From positions 744,001 through 808,000 of the forward strand of contig OZ251245.1 of NCBI GenBank assembly GCA_965240325.2: a DNA stretch of 64,000 nt, written 5' to 3'. Positions within the stretch are counted from its first letter, which is position 1. Every line of letters starts with the position of its first letter. Below, piece after piece: positions 10,933 to 22,616 of the stretch. Below the pieces are notes generated by a model. That model made no database searches, was not told the DNA's origin, and saw nothing but the letters and a program-made list of their open reading frames with translations. The position numbers were made by a program, and so were the translations under genes. The DNA comes from Rebecca billardiae RCC1528. Taxonomy: Eukaryota > Protista > Haptophyta.

Positions 10933-13900
10933 CACAGTGGCACCGGAAGGGACGATGTTGCGGATAAGCCTTTTCGTCGCCCCGGCGCTCCCCCAGTGGG
11001 AAAAATGATTTTCCGTGGTTTTCACGATGGCTGCCGAACCACCTGGCCTCGGCCGGCGGACGCCTCTCGAACGGACTTCGCTGGCTCGCGCGAAGTCGCC
11101 GTCGACGGTGTGGTGCGAGTCGCGCGACGGCCCGTGCGCGATGAGGAGTGCGCCGCGCGCCGTGCGCGCTTACCACAAGCCCCGCCCCTGCACCTCGCCC
11201 AAATCGCCCGCGCAGAGTGCCACCTCTCTCGACTCGCTCAGGTCACATGCCCGCCTCGGGCACGGACGGGCGTGCTCAAACACGGTGTACGACTTTGGGC
11301 AGGCGGGGCTCGTGAACCTAATAAGTCATTGTCGGGCGCCGCGCGGCGTGGTGGGCGGGATGGGCGTGGTATACACGGATCACGCCGGGCCGACACGGGT
11401 TGCGCTTTTCTCATTGTGTGAGCTGGCCACGATGCCCGGCGGCACGTCCTCGGTCGTGCCCGCTGGCAGCTGCTCCTGCGACCCGCGCGCACAGCTGCGT
11501 GTGATTCATCGCGCGGACACCTGCGCGATCGCGTGTCTGGCGCATGCCTACACCAGTGGGCCTCTCTGCAGGGCCGTTGCGTTCCGGTACGGTCACCCGC
11601 TGGCGCAGCAGGGCCGCTTTTCAGGTGTCGATGGCTCCGATCGGCACGGCGCGAGCGACTCTCCACGACTTTGGGCAGCCCTTGCCGACGAAGCCAATAC
11701 GAGTGTACCTGACCGCGCGCGCGCTGATGATAGCGGGTGTGATGCTGCACGGCGTCGCAGCGGGCTGCCACGCCTGGAGCATCCTGCGGCACGTTCCAAC
11801 CGGATGCGCGCGCTGCGGCATGCGCTCACGTGTGCGCGAGCACGCCCACCACACCTGCCTGCGCGACGCGCGCGCAGGCGATACCGATGCTTCCAGTGGG
11901 CAAGGGGGCGATCGTGTGGACGCGGCAAGATGTCGGTGCCTACGAGCCTCTCGTGGCGCCCACGATACATCCGTTTGGCAGACCGTCGAGCAGCAGTGTG
12001 ATCGCAGCAGGTGCTTTGCGTTTGCTCGGTGACGACGCAGTACGACCGCCAATCTGAGCTCAAGCACTGCTGTGGTCGACGAGCTGCGCGGCGAAGCGTG
12101 CGCGCGAGCCACGCGTGTGCTTGCATTGGCCTGTGACTCAACGACTTCGAGCGGGTGGCTTGGAACGCGCTTTCTGTATCCGCTGCGGCCACGCGCAGGT
12201 CGGCGCATCGCTTCGGGGCGCGAGGAGCTGTGATCTCGACAAACAAGCGAGCTGCCTGCCCACTGCACGCCCGCGCTCGCGCCAACGGCTGCTGCCGCTC
12301 ACCAGCCCGGCCAGTTGGCAGTTCGGGCGGTAAGACCAGCCACTTGCCGCGCGGCCCATCATCGGCCGCCGCCCGTCTCATCAGCACCGCGCGGCCGCTC
12401 CGGTGCCGCGCCCCGGTGCCGGGCCGGTGCCGCGCGGCCCGGATACGTCAGCAGCGCCGGCTCGTCCGATGACTCACCGGCCACCGCTCGACGCCGACTG
12501 ACAGTCGATCATCACTCTACTGCTGGCGCTAGTCTCCGATCAGCAGTCGTCGTCCATCCGCGCTATATCTCATCATCACCGACCGGCCGCCGCGGCCGAT
12601 TCACTCATCGTCTGCTGTCGTCCGCGGCGCGTCAGCACGACTATATATATACTGCTGCGATCGGAGACGCGCGGATTCATCGAGTCATCATCGACGAGTT
12701 CGACGACGGCGACCGTCAGACATCCCGGGAGCGCGCGCGCGGCGCGCAGCCCGATATATGCGCGGATATCGCCGGCGGCCGGCGGCGAGGCCGGCGGCGG
12801 GGCCGCCGCTCGGCCGCGCCACGCGCCCGCGCCGTATATCGTCAGAGTCGTACGACGCGACATATGAGCCCCCAGCACGGCGCGCCGGCCTCGACGACCG
12901 TATGGCGTATGTGATGGGCTGCTCATTGTCTGTTCCACGTCCAGCTGCGCGACTCGTATGATGCGCGCCGGTCGCGGCCCACCCGAACGGCCGCGATGAC
13001 GCTCCGGGCCGGCCGAGCCGTCAGACTCCGAGAGTATAGTCGGTGGCACGGCATCCGCCTGCCGGCGCGCGCGGTATACCCAAATCAGTCTGCCCGGTGC
13101 GACTGCTGCTCCCTCTGCGGCAGTCGCCTGGATCGATCATCGGGGCCGCCGCGCGCCGCCGCCCACGCTGCGCGGCGTGCAGCTGCACTCGCCGCCGCGC
13201 GCCGGGCTCAGCGCCACGCGTCAGCGTTCGCCGCCGATGCCCACGCTGCGTGACGCGCACCTCGCACGGCTGTGGCGGCGCGGGCCGAGCCGCGCACGCG
13301 CACGCTCGCAGCCACCGCCCACGCTCTGCGGCGTGCAGCACTCGGCGCCGCCGCGCGCCGGGCTCGGCGCCGCGCGTCAGCATTCGCCGCCCAAAGGCCT
13401 TGCACACGCGCCCAACCGATGCCGATGTTTGAAGCCGTCCCTAGGGCACCCTCGCCAGCGTCCCATCCCGGCCACGAGCTAGCGTGCCACCGAGCAGCGT
13501 CGCAGCCGCGCGGCGCGCGGCTCGGCTGCCCGCCCGGCCCGGGCGCTGCTGCGAGCTCGCACGCCCATCGCCGCGGGCTCGAGCGGAGCCCTCCGGCACC
13601 GAGGCCTTGCATACACGCCCAGACGATGCCGATGCTTGCAACCATTTCTCTGACGCACTCGCCGGCGGCCGATCGCGGCCGTGAGCCAGCGTGCCACCGG
13701 CACGCTTGACGAGTGGGTCACGGCCATCGACAAGCACCGGTGCCCACTGTTCGGCACGCCGACATCCGTAGACCCAGATGCACTCCAGAAGAGCGACGCT
13801 CGGGGCGTCACGATAGACACATACACCACTGGGACTGATCCCCACCCATCTAGCTCCATCCTGCGCTTGCTAAGCCCTCGGAAGTGGTTGCACGCGCCTT

Positions 13901-14137
13901 GCGTGCAACATGTCGACCGCGAGTCGCGATCGCGCCTTGCGCACGGCGCCCAAGGACGGCTAAGACGGCGACGAAGTGGGTCTGGGCGAGCTTCCTCCGC
14001 ATGCCGGGACCCGTGCGCCTTGCCCCCGCGCACGAGCGCCGGCCGGCGACCGCTCACGTGGCCGTCAGAATTTTTCCGCGGCGGTCGCCGTGCGTGCACG
14101 GGTTATCCGCAATCGCCATCGTTCCGGTGCCACTGTG
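10933..14137. mobile_element. Non-autonomous CMC-type (EnSpm/Mirage-like) element A with CACAGTG termini
   Basis: Perfect 16-bp TIR CACAGTGGCACCGGAA plus a second shared block TTGCGGATAA. GC dinucleotide on both flanks. Internal duplications at ~13150-13700. Confidence 0.8.
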
Positions 14138-14314
14138 GCGCTATACTTATAATACTGCCATCAACTAATACGCGCTGCTTCGCAGCCTGGCTGCCGTGGC
14201 CCGGGCGTCAGCGCGGGCGACCGGGCCGTACGACGCCTTCAGATATAATAAACGACACTCGGATCGGATGTAATTCACTGCTAGCTCCCTACATACACGC
14301 CTACTGATGCCGTA

Positions 14315-16441
14315 CTACTGCGCCAGGCTGCTGCGCCGGCGCGGCACGAGTGGCCGCTCCTCCACGCTCGGCGTGACGCCGCGAGACGCGACGAAAGCCT
14401 CCATGCTGCGAGAGGCGAACGCGCGCCGACCCCCGCGCAGCTTGTTGGCGTTGTGTCGGCCCGAGCCATCAGCGCCGTCGTCGGCGCCCACCGCACCCAG
14501 CGCGGTGGCGCATACGCTCGAAAGCTGGCGGCCACCCGGCCCGTCCGCGCCGGCCGACGCGCAGCCTGGCGATGGCGCCGGCTCGGCGCCGCTCGAGGGC
14601 TCCGCCGCGGAGACGGTGGCGGCCTCCTCCGGCAGCGGCGCGTCGGGTGCGCGCGGCAGCGGCGGCAGCACGCCGTTCGCCAGCAGCGGCATCGACACGC
14701 ACCGCCCGATCGCCCTGTGCCTCTGCGCGCCACCGCGTGACGGGGACGTCGGCGGCGCGCGCGCGCGCGCGCGGTGCGTCACCGCGCGCACGAACAGCTC
14801 GTCCAGAGGCAGAGTGGGCGCGACGCTCCCGCGCTTCCTGGCAGGGTCGAGCTTGGCAAACTGCTCGCGGAGCTGGCGCAGCAGCTCCGCGTCGACGCCG
14901 TACAGCTTGGCGAGCGCGAGCGCGACGAAGCCGTCCTCGGACAGCTCGGCGCCGCTCGCCGCGCCGCCGCCGAGCGGGCGCGCGCCCGCGCCGCCGCTCG
15001 TCTCCGCATCGTCGTCGTCAGCCTGGAGAAGCAGCAGCTGCGCGCGTGCGGCGCGCCGCAGCGTCCACTGCGTGGAGACGAACTGGCCGACGTCGCGGAG
15101 CGAGCGCGCGACCGCGCCTGTGGACAGCGGGATGAAGACGCACGCGGCGGCACGGCCCGGCACCGAGCTCGTCGCGACGTCACCAATCCCTGAGGGGCGG
15201 GTGGCGCGGGGCCGCGCGCGCAGTGAGCGCCGGCCAGCACACAGCACCGACCATTCGCGTGCGCGCGCGCCCCACGCTCGCCACACACACGCACGCACAC
15301 ACACACACCGCGCACGCGCGCGCACGCGCACACCGCAGAGCGACACGGTGGTCGCAGCCCAATAGAAGCCGTCGGCCACGCCCAGCCCCTCGACCAACAC
15401 CGCGATGAGCGTGCCGCTCAGAAGCGCGAGCGCGATCGGCACACTGAGCCGTGCGAGCGCGCGCGCGCAGCCGAGCGGGCCCTCGACGCGCGGCAGCGGG
15501 GCGTGCAGGCCGCGCCGCTTCGTGTTCGCGCGCGCGACGACGGTCGCCGCCGCCGAGCGCAGCGCGGCCGCGCGCTCGCGCACGCTCGGCGACTTTGGCG
15601 GCGTGCCCGCTCGGCTCGTCCGCCTGCTCGGTACGTGGGACTGACGCTCGTGGCCGCCGGGCTTGCGGGTTGGGCCGACGCCCGGCACCTGGAGGAAGTC
15701 GGTGGCGCGCGTCTCGGCGGGGATGCGGAGAGGGGGCGGGCGCGCGCCGCTCGGCGTGCGCAGCGCTGGCGGGGGCAGCGGCTGCGACGGCGCGCCCGGC
15801 GGCGGCGGCGCGCGCGCCGCCGGCGGCGAGCCCGGCGGCGGCGGCGAGGGCGGCGGCGACGTCGGCGCGTCGCCCGGCACCGTCATCGCTCTCGCTTCCA
15901 CGGACACCACGCGCTCCGCGGGCTTGTGCTCGCGCGCGCGCGCCTCCCCCGGCACGCGCACCAGCCCGAGCGCGTTCGTGTGCCACCCCTGCCCGCTCGG
16001 CCTCCGGCGGCCGAGCTGCGACGCGCGCGCGAGCCGACGGGTCGCCGCCTCTTCGGCGACCATCATTGCATGCACGAGCAGCACGAGCGCGTACCCGAGG
16101 CACGCCATGCTGAGGAGCGAGAAGCACGAGGTGACGAGGCGCGAGGTGGGCGTGGTCGGGTGCAGGTCGCCGTACCCCACCGTCGTGAGCAGCGCGACCG
16201 TGAAGTAGATCGTGTCGACCATCGACCAACCCTCGTGCTTGAGATAGAACGTCACCGCTCCGGCAAAGTAGACGAAGAGCGCGAGCGCGGCGCACACCGC
16301 CGCGGCGCACGTGCGGTGCGCTCGGTGCTCGTCGTCATCTGCCAGGTCCTTCGCGGCCGCGACCATCGCGGCCGAGGGCCGTCGGGCGAGGAGCACCGCG
16401 GCCGAGGGCCGGCGCGCGATGGAGACGGGTCGGAGCGGCAT
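14315..16441 (-). CDS. Two-pore (TPK/K2P-type) potassium channel, paralog 1; intron 15333-15190
   Basis: P1 DTIYFTVALLTTVGYGD; P2 DGFYWAATTVSLCG|IGD after removing a GT-AG intron. C-terminal TPK-like EF-hand remnant (LSEDGFV…REQFAKLD). Alternative start at 16366. Confidence 0.88.
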   Translation of the reverse strand: MPLRPVSIARRPSAAVLLARRPSAAMVAAAKDLADDDEHRAHRTCAAAVCAALALFVYFAGAVTFYLKHEGWSMVDTIYFTVALLTTVGYGDLHPTTPTSRLVTSCFSLLSMACLGYALVLLVHAMMVAEEAATRRLARASQLGRRRPSGQGWHTNALGLVRVPGEARAREHKPAERVVSVEARAMTVPGDAPTSPPPSPPPPGSPPAARAPPPPGAPSQPLPPPALRTPSGARPPPLRIPAETRATDFLQVPGVGPTRKPGGHERQSHVPSRRTSRAGTPPKSPSVRERAAALRSAAATVVARANTKRRGLHAPLPRVEGPLGCARALARLSVPIALALLSGTLIAVLVEGLGVADGFYWAATTVSLCGVRVRARARCVCVRACVWRAWGARAREWSVLCAGRRSLRARPRATRPSGIGDVATSSVPGRAAACVFIPLSTGAVARSLRDVGQFVSTQWTLRRAARAQLLLLQADDDDAETSGGAGARPLGGGAASGAELSEDGFVALALAKLYGVDAELLRQLREQFAKLDPARKRGSVAPTLPLDELFVRAVTHRARARAPPTSPSRGGAQRHRAIGRCVSMPLLANGVLPPLPRAPDAPLPEEAATVSAAEPSSGAEPAPSPGCASAGADGPGGRQLSSVCATALGAVGADDGADGSGRHNANKLRGGRRAFASRSMEAFVASRGVTPSVEERPLVPRRRSSLAQ

Positions 16442-17169
16442 CGTGACCTAGGGCGGCTGAGAGGCAGAGCGCGGCCAGGCCGCCCGGCCTCGAGCGGTGT
16501 GGAGCCGTGCGGCTTCGCCCCGCGCCCGCCGCGGCGGCGCCGGACGTCGAGGCGGCGAGCACCGCGAGCACGGGGGTGCTGACGGCGCTCAGGCGGCGTG
16601 CCCGGGCACCTTCGCGTGAACACTTCGTTGATCCCCTGCGCGTTGCCGCCGCCGGCTCATCAATCGAGATCGGATGCCCTGGTTCGGGGGATGCATGATG
16701 AAGCCAAGATGAATACAACATTTCAGGCGCGCGGGCATCGTCGTTTCGTCGGTGGTCAATGAGGATTCGGGCATTCGGCCGTTCGCCGTTCGGCCTTTGA
16801 ATGTGGCGGTATTTTTGTATGCCCATTGCTTGAATGATGATTCGAAACCTTCAATCTGCCCATACAGTACGTCATTGATGGTTCACTACGTATTGTAATG
16901 CTGTATACTCTGTTTACCGACCTCGATAGCTCTCAAGCTCCGAAAAGAACCGATGAATTCAGCGACGAACGATCACCAGCCGAGATCGATCCGCACGGGA
17001 GGCATCGGACTGCGCGCACGAAAGCCCGCTGGCCGCCGCGGCCCCGCGCTCCTCGACGGGCAGCTCGCGCTCGTCGCAAATGCCGCGCGAGGCGTAGGAC
17101 GCAGCCTGCACAGGCCGATCGGCGTCCGCACGCCGGGCTCGCGGACTTGCACGGCCGGGGCCGGCGCTG

Positions 17170-19827
17170 CTACCAGCCCGCCTCGTCGACGTCGTCGTGG
17201 CGGGGCAGCGCGCTCGCCTGCGCGATCGCGACGCCGACGAGCTCGGCGACGCGCTGCGCGTGGGCAGGCGTCTCGCACGCCACGACGCGCTCGCGCTCGC
17301 GCCCTTGCGCGCGCGCCGAGCCGCCGCTCTCGCGCTCGTCGGCCTCGGCGTCCGCCTCGTCGTCGTCCGCGAGCAGCAGGCGCACCTCGCGCCCGCGCGG
17401 CTGCGCGGCCGCGGCGCGCGCGAGCGAGACGCGCCACTTCACCGTCGCGTACCCCGAGCCCGCGGCGCGGCCATGCAGATCGAGAGCGAGCACGTGTCTC
17501 GAGGTGACGACGAGCATCCCGCCCGCCGCGCCGACGAAGAGGTCGTCGTCGAGCGCGCCCTCGCCGAAGCAGCTGCGCGCGGAGAGGCGCGCCTCCTCGA
17601 GCGCCTCGGCCGCGGCCGCGTCCGCCGGCACGAACGGGTGCAGCTCGCCGCGCGGGCCGGGCGCGAGCGGCAGCCGCGGCCGCTCGTGCAGCGCGGCGAG
17701 CGCTCGCTTGTCCTCGGCGGACGCGGTCGCCGACGCGACGCCGCCGGCGAGCGCCGCGGCGAGGTCGACGACGCCGACGGCGGGCTTGATGACGGCGCCC
17801 GCGAGGCCGGAGGCGAGGCCGGCGGCCGCGCCGCCGAGCCCGCCCGTCCGCGCGCCGCGCACCGGGCGGGTGATCACGCCGAGCAGCCCGACGCCCATGC
17901 CTTCGCCCACGCGGCGCGCGCCGTGCAGCACGCCGCGCGCCGCGCCGTGCGGCCCCGCGCCGCGCCGCTCCGCCTGCTCGGCGCGGCGCGCCGCGTACGC
18001 CGGGTCCATCGCGAGCTCGGCCGCGCCGCGCGCGAGCGAGCTCGAGACCGCCGCGGCGGAGCCCGAGACTCCCGAGACCACCTCGCGCGCAAAGGAGATG
18101 CTCCCCTTTGCCACGCCCTCCACAAACTGTCCGGGGCCTGCGATCAGTCCGGTGACGGGCTCGTAGAAGGCGTCCGATGCGCCCTTGGCGAGGTGCTCGA
18201 GCAGGCCGCGCGGGTTGCCGAGGAGCTCGAGCGAGCCGAGCGCGCCGCCCGCCTGACCGAGGAGCACCGCGCCGTAGTGCGCGGCGAGCGCGCTCGCTAG
18301 GAGCTCGGTCGGGCCCCACGCGACGTCGAGACGCACCGGCGCGATCCGCACGGGCGCGCGCGTAAGGTGCAGCGCAGCGGCGGAGACGGAGGACGCCAGC
18401 AGCGCGGCGAGCCTGGCGTGCGGCGAGGTGGCGGCGGCGCCGCCGCCGCCGACGGCGGCGGTGCCGCGCCCGCCGCTCGCGCCGCCGCTCGCGCCGCCGG
18501 CCTCGCCGCCCGCGAGCTCGAGCGCGCGGAGGAGTGAGACTAGACCGGCGGTCGACGAGCGAACGCTCACGCGCACGCGCAGTGGCTGCAGGCTGAGCCA
18601 GCGCACGAATGTGCGGTGCGGCGCGGCGGCGGCGGCGGCGGCGGCGGCGGCGTCAAGGCCCTCCGCCCAGCCGCCACCCTCCTCCTCGTGCGCGGCGGGC
18701 CGGCGCGGCGCCGCCGACGCCGCGTCGGCGGGCGCGCCCGCCGACGCCGCCGCCGCCTCCTCGGCAGCGCCGAGCGCGGCGGCGAGGCCGGCGAGCGCGC
18801 TTGCCACATCCGCGGCGGCGCGCACGAGCCGCGCCGCCGAGCGCGTGTCGCCGGCGAGGTCCATGTCGCACAGCCGCACCGCCGCCGTGTCGAGCACGGC
18901 GGCGGACTCGCTCATCTCCTGCCAGCACGCGCTCGCCTCGAGCGCGACGGGCGCGCCCGGCGCGCGCGCGTGCGATGGCCGCAGCAGCGCGGCAAAAGGC
19001 GCGCGCGGAAGTTGGTTGGTGAGCTCAAGCCAGCCGACGCGCACGCGCGCCGAGCCCGGGCCGCAGAGCACCGACGCGGCCGGCGCGGTCTGCCCGCGCT
19101 CCGCCGGCGTGGCCGCCCACAGCACCTCCAGCTCCGCCACCGTCGCGAGGACCACCTCCCGCCCGCTGTGTACAAGGGAGAGATGGGCGCCAGCCAGCCG
19201 GATGGAAAGCGCCGCCGCCGGCTCTGGCGGCGGCTCGGCGGGCGTGGCCGACGTGGGCGCGGCCGCGCCGCCGCCGCCGCTGCCGCCGCTGCGCGCGGGC
19301 GGCGCGCTCGGGCGCGGCGTGTGCTCGTCGCTCACGACGAGCACACGCACCGGCCCGCGCACCTCGAAGCGGCAGCGTAGCGCAGGCAGCCCGACGCCGG
19401 GCATGACGCGCGCGCTCGCGCCCACGCCGAGACCGCCCGCGCCCGCGTCGGCGGGCAGTAGTGGCGTCGATGCGGCCGCCTCGTCCCACCCGCCCTCCGC
19501 CGCCGCCTCGGCGTCGTCGGCCTCGGCGTGCGCGGCGGCGCGCGGCGCAGGCCTCGCCAGCACGACGAACGCGGACTCGGCGAGCGGCACCGACAGGTCC
19601 TCGGGCAGAAGCGGCACGCTCGCTCCGCGCGCGGCGGGCGTCAGCCGGCGCGCCGCGGACGCGCCGCCGCGCCCGGCGGCGGCGGCGACGAGTGCCGACG
19701 TCGAGCGATTCTCGAGCAGGAGGGGGACGGATGCGGCGCCGTCTGCGGTGGCGCGCAGCGTGACGCGCATCGCCGCGCCGTGCGCGCGCGCCTCCACCGC
19801 CAGCACGCGCTCCCACCGCGCCACCCA

Positions 19828-19880
<53 letters not shown>

Positions 19881-20456
19881 AGCTCGGCGCTCGAACGAGC
19901 GCTCGCACAAAGCGCTCCGCAGCGGCGCTGCCCGCGGCGGCGTGCGGCGGCACGGCGCCCGGCGCAAGCGGGGCGAATGTCGTGTGCTCGCCCTCCGTGC
20001 CCAGCGGCACGGCCGCGCCCCAGCCCGCAGCCAGGGCGTCGGCGTCGGCGCACTCCTCAGCGGCCGCGGCGCCGCCCGCGCCGCGCGCGCCGCGCAACCG
20101 AAGCGCGCGCTCGGCGCCCGCGCCGCGGGCATCGCCGCCGCCGCGGCCGCCGGCGCCCGCCGGCGCGCCGACGCGATGCAGCGGCGCGCGCGCGCGCGGC
20201 GCGAGCCGCACCGCGCCGCCGCGCGCGCCCGGCTCCGCCCAGCCCGCGCCGTCGTCGCGCGCCGCCTCGAGCGCCGCCGCCGTCGTGTTCAGCACGACCA
20301 CTCTCGGAACGAGCGCGATCTCGCGCGTGAAGCCGCGCGTGCCCGGGACGGTGGCGAGCTGGGCGCAGAGCTCGGCGACGCCGCCGCCCGGCTGCGGCAG
20401 GGTGAGCGCGAGGGAGTCGGCCTGCGCCCGGTGCGGAGCGAGCGGGTCCGACCACG

Positions 20457-20488
<32 letters not shown>

Positions 20489-22127
20489 GCGCGCAGCCGC
20501 AGTGCCGCGCGTGGCGCCATTGGCACCAAGCGCGCCGCGCGCGTCGCGGGCGCGCCGCCGGCCGCGCCGCCGGGCGGCGGCGGCGGCGGCGACAGCCGGC
20601 GTCGCGCGCGCCGCCACCTGCGCTCGCGAACCAGCGCCGCCGCCGACTCGCCCGGCGCCCACGGGCCCTCGAAGCCCGGCGCGTAGGCCCAGCAACCGGC
20701 GTCGGTGCGCGGCGCGCGCACCGCGCGCCACGCGCCCTCCCACGCCCAGCCGTCAGGAGGCGGCAGCTGCGACAAGCTATGCGGCGGCGAGTCGTCGGCG
20801 GCGCCGACAGTGTCTCCGGCGCCGGCGGAAGCGGGGGCGGCTGCGTCGGCGGAGACGAGCGCGGCTTGCTCCGCGCCGCCGCCGGCGCGCGCGCGCGGCT
20901 CACGGCCCTCCGCCGCGCCATCGCCGAGCCCGCCACCGCCGCCGCCGAGCTCGCCGCCGCCGCCGCCGGGCCCGCCACCGCCATCGCCGCCGCCGGGCCC
21001 GCCACCGCCGCCGCCGGGCTGCGAGCAGCACGCCCGGCCGCTCTCGTCGCACGGGTCAGTCGGCCTGAGCGAGCGCTCGGCGAAGGGCTCGAACGCATGT
21101 GCGCGCCGCTGACGCTGCACCACATCCGTTGCTCCATGCGTCGGCGGCGACGGCAGCCATGCTGAATCACGCTCGCGCCGCTCGGCGCGCGCGCCGCCGC
21201 CGCCGCCCTCCGAGCGCACCTCGGCCAGCACGTCGCTCAAGTTGCGAAGCCACACGGGGGCGACCAGCGCGAACTCGTGCGCGGGCGCCGCGCCGCCGAG
21301 CGCCGCGCCGCTCAGCACGCGCAGCTCCAACCTGCCGCCGCGCGCGTCCGACAGGACGAGCGCCGCGCTGGCGTCAGCACCCGCGTCCGCGTCGGCCGCG
21401 CCGCCGAGCTGAGGCGGGCGCGCCCTGACCACCGCCTCGTGCGCCGGCGCGGCGGGGCCGCGGTCTCCTCGTCCCAGGCCAGTTGGCTCGGCGCTGGCCG
21501 ATAGCTCCGCGCTGACAGCCAGAGGGCAGTTGGGCGGCACGTGCAAACCCACGCTCTCGGCCGGCTGCAGCAGCGTCGGCGGGAGCGGCGCGGCGCAGGA
21601 CTCGAGGCCGCCCGCGCCGCGCACGCGCACGCGCGCCTCCTGGCAGAGCCGGTTGCTCAGCACCGCGGGCGCGCACAGCTCCGCGGTGCGCGGCGCGCGC
21701 GGCGCGCGCGCGCGTGCGCGCAGCAGCATTGCAAAGTCATGCGCGCGCGGCGTGTGCGCCGCGCCGGCGCCGGCCGGCGCGTCGGCGGCGCGCACGAGGC
21801 GGAGGCGGCCGTTGGGGGCGCGCGGGGTGGCGACGCTGGGCGTCGCGCCGTCCGCGCCCGCGCCGTGCGCGTCGCCGGCGTCGAGCGCAGGCGCCGTGAG
21901 CACGGTGGCGAGGGCGGCGCCCGTGCCCAAGCCGGGCGCGCGGCCACGAGCGCCGCGCGCGCGCACGGAGGCCGCGCCGCCCGCTGGCGGGGGCAGCGCA
22001 AGCTCCGCCTCAGTCGACCAGCCGTACGCGGGCGCGTCGGCCCGGCCCGCATGATCGCGCGCGCCGCCGCCCGGGCTCCCGCGGGCCGTCTCGGGCCCGT
22101 CGCCGTCGTCGCCGGTGGCCGCGGCCG

Positions 22128-22159
<32 letters not shown>

Positions 22160-22585
22160 GCGGCGGCGGCGGCGGGCGCCGGGCGCGCCGCCACCCGCCA
22201 CGGTGCGGCTGGCAGCGCCATCGGCGACGCGGGGAGGGCCAGCCGCGCGCCCGGTCCGAGCACCGCGCGGAGCTCGAGCGAGGCGCCGCCCTCGCGCGCG
22301 GGCTGCGTCGCGCGCACCTCGAGCGCGCGCGCGCACGCGTTGCGCACCGCCCACGCCGAGCGAATCGTCAGCAGCACAAGGGGACCGGCCCAGCTGACTT
22401 CGACCGCCGCGCACGCGGCGCGCCGCCCGTCGCGTGGGTCGCGAAGCGGCAGGGACCAGCTGCCGGCGCGCGAGACGTCGAGCGGGGGCAGCGGCTCCCA
22501 AGCCTCGAGCCACACGTGCACGCGCCGGCCGTCGGCGCCGGCCGCGTCCGCGTCCGCGCCGTCGTCGTCGTCGTCGTCGCTCCAG

Positions 22586-22616
<31 letters not shown>

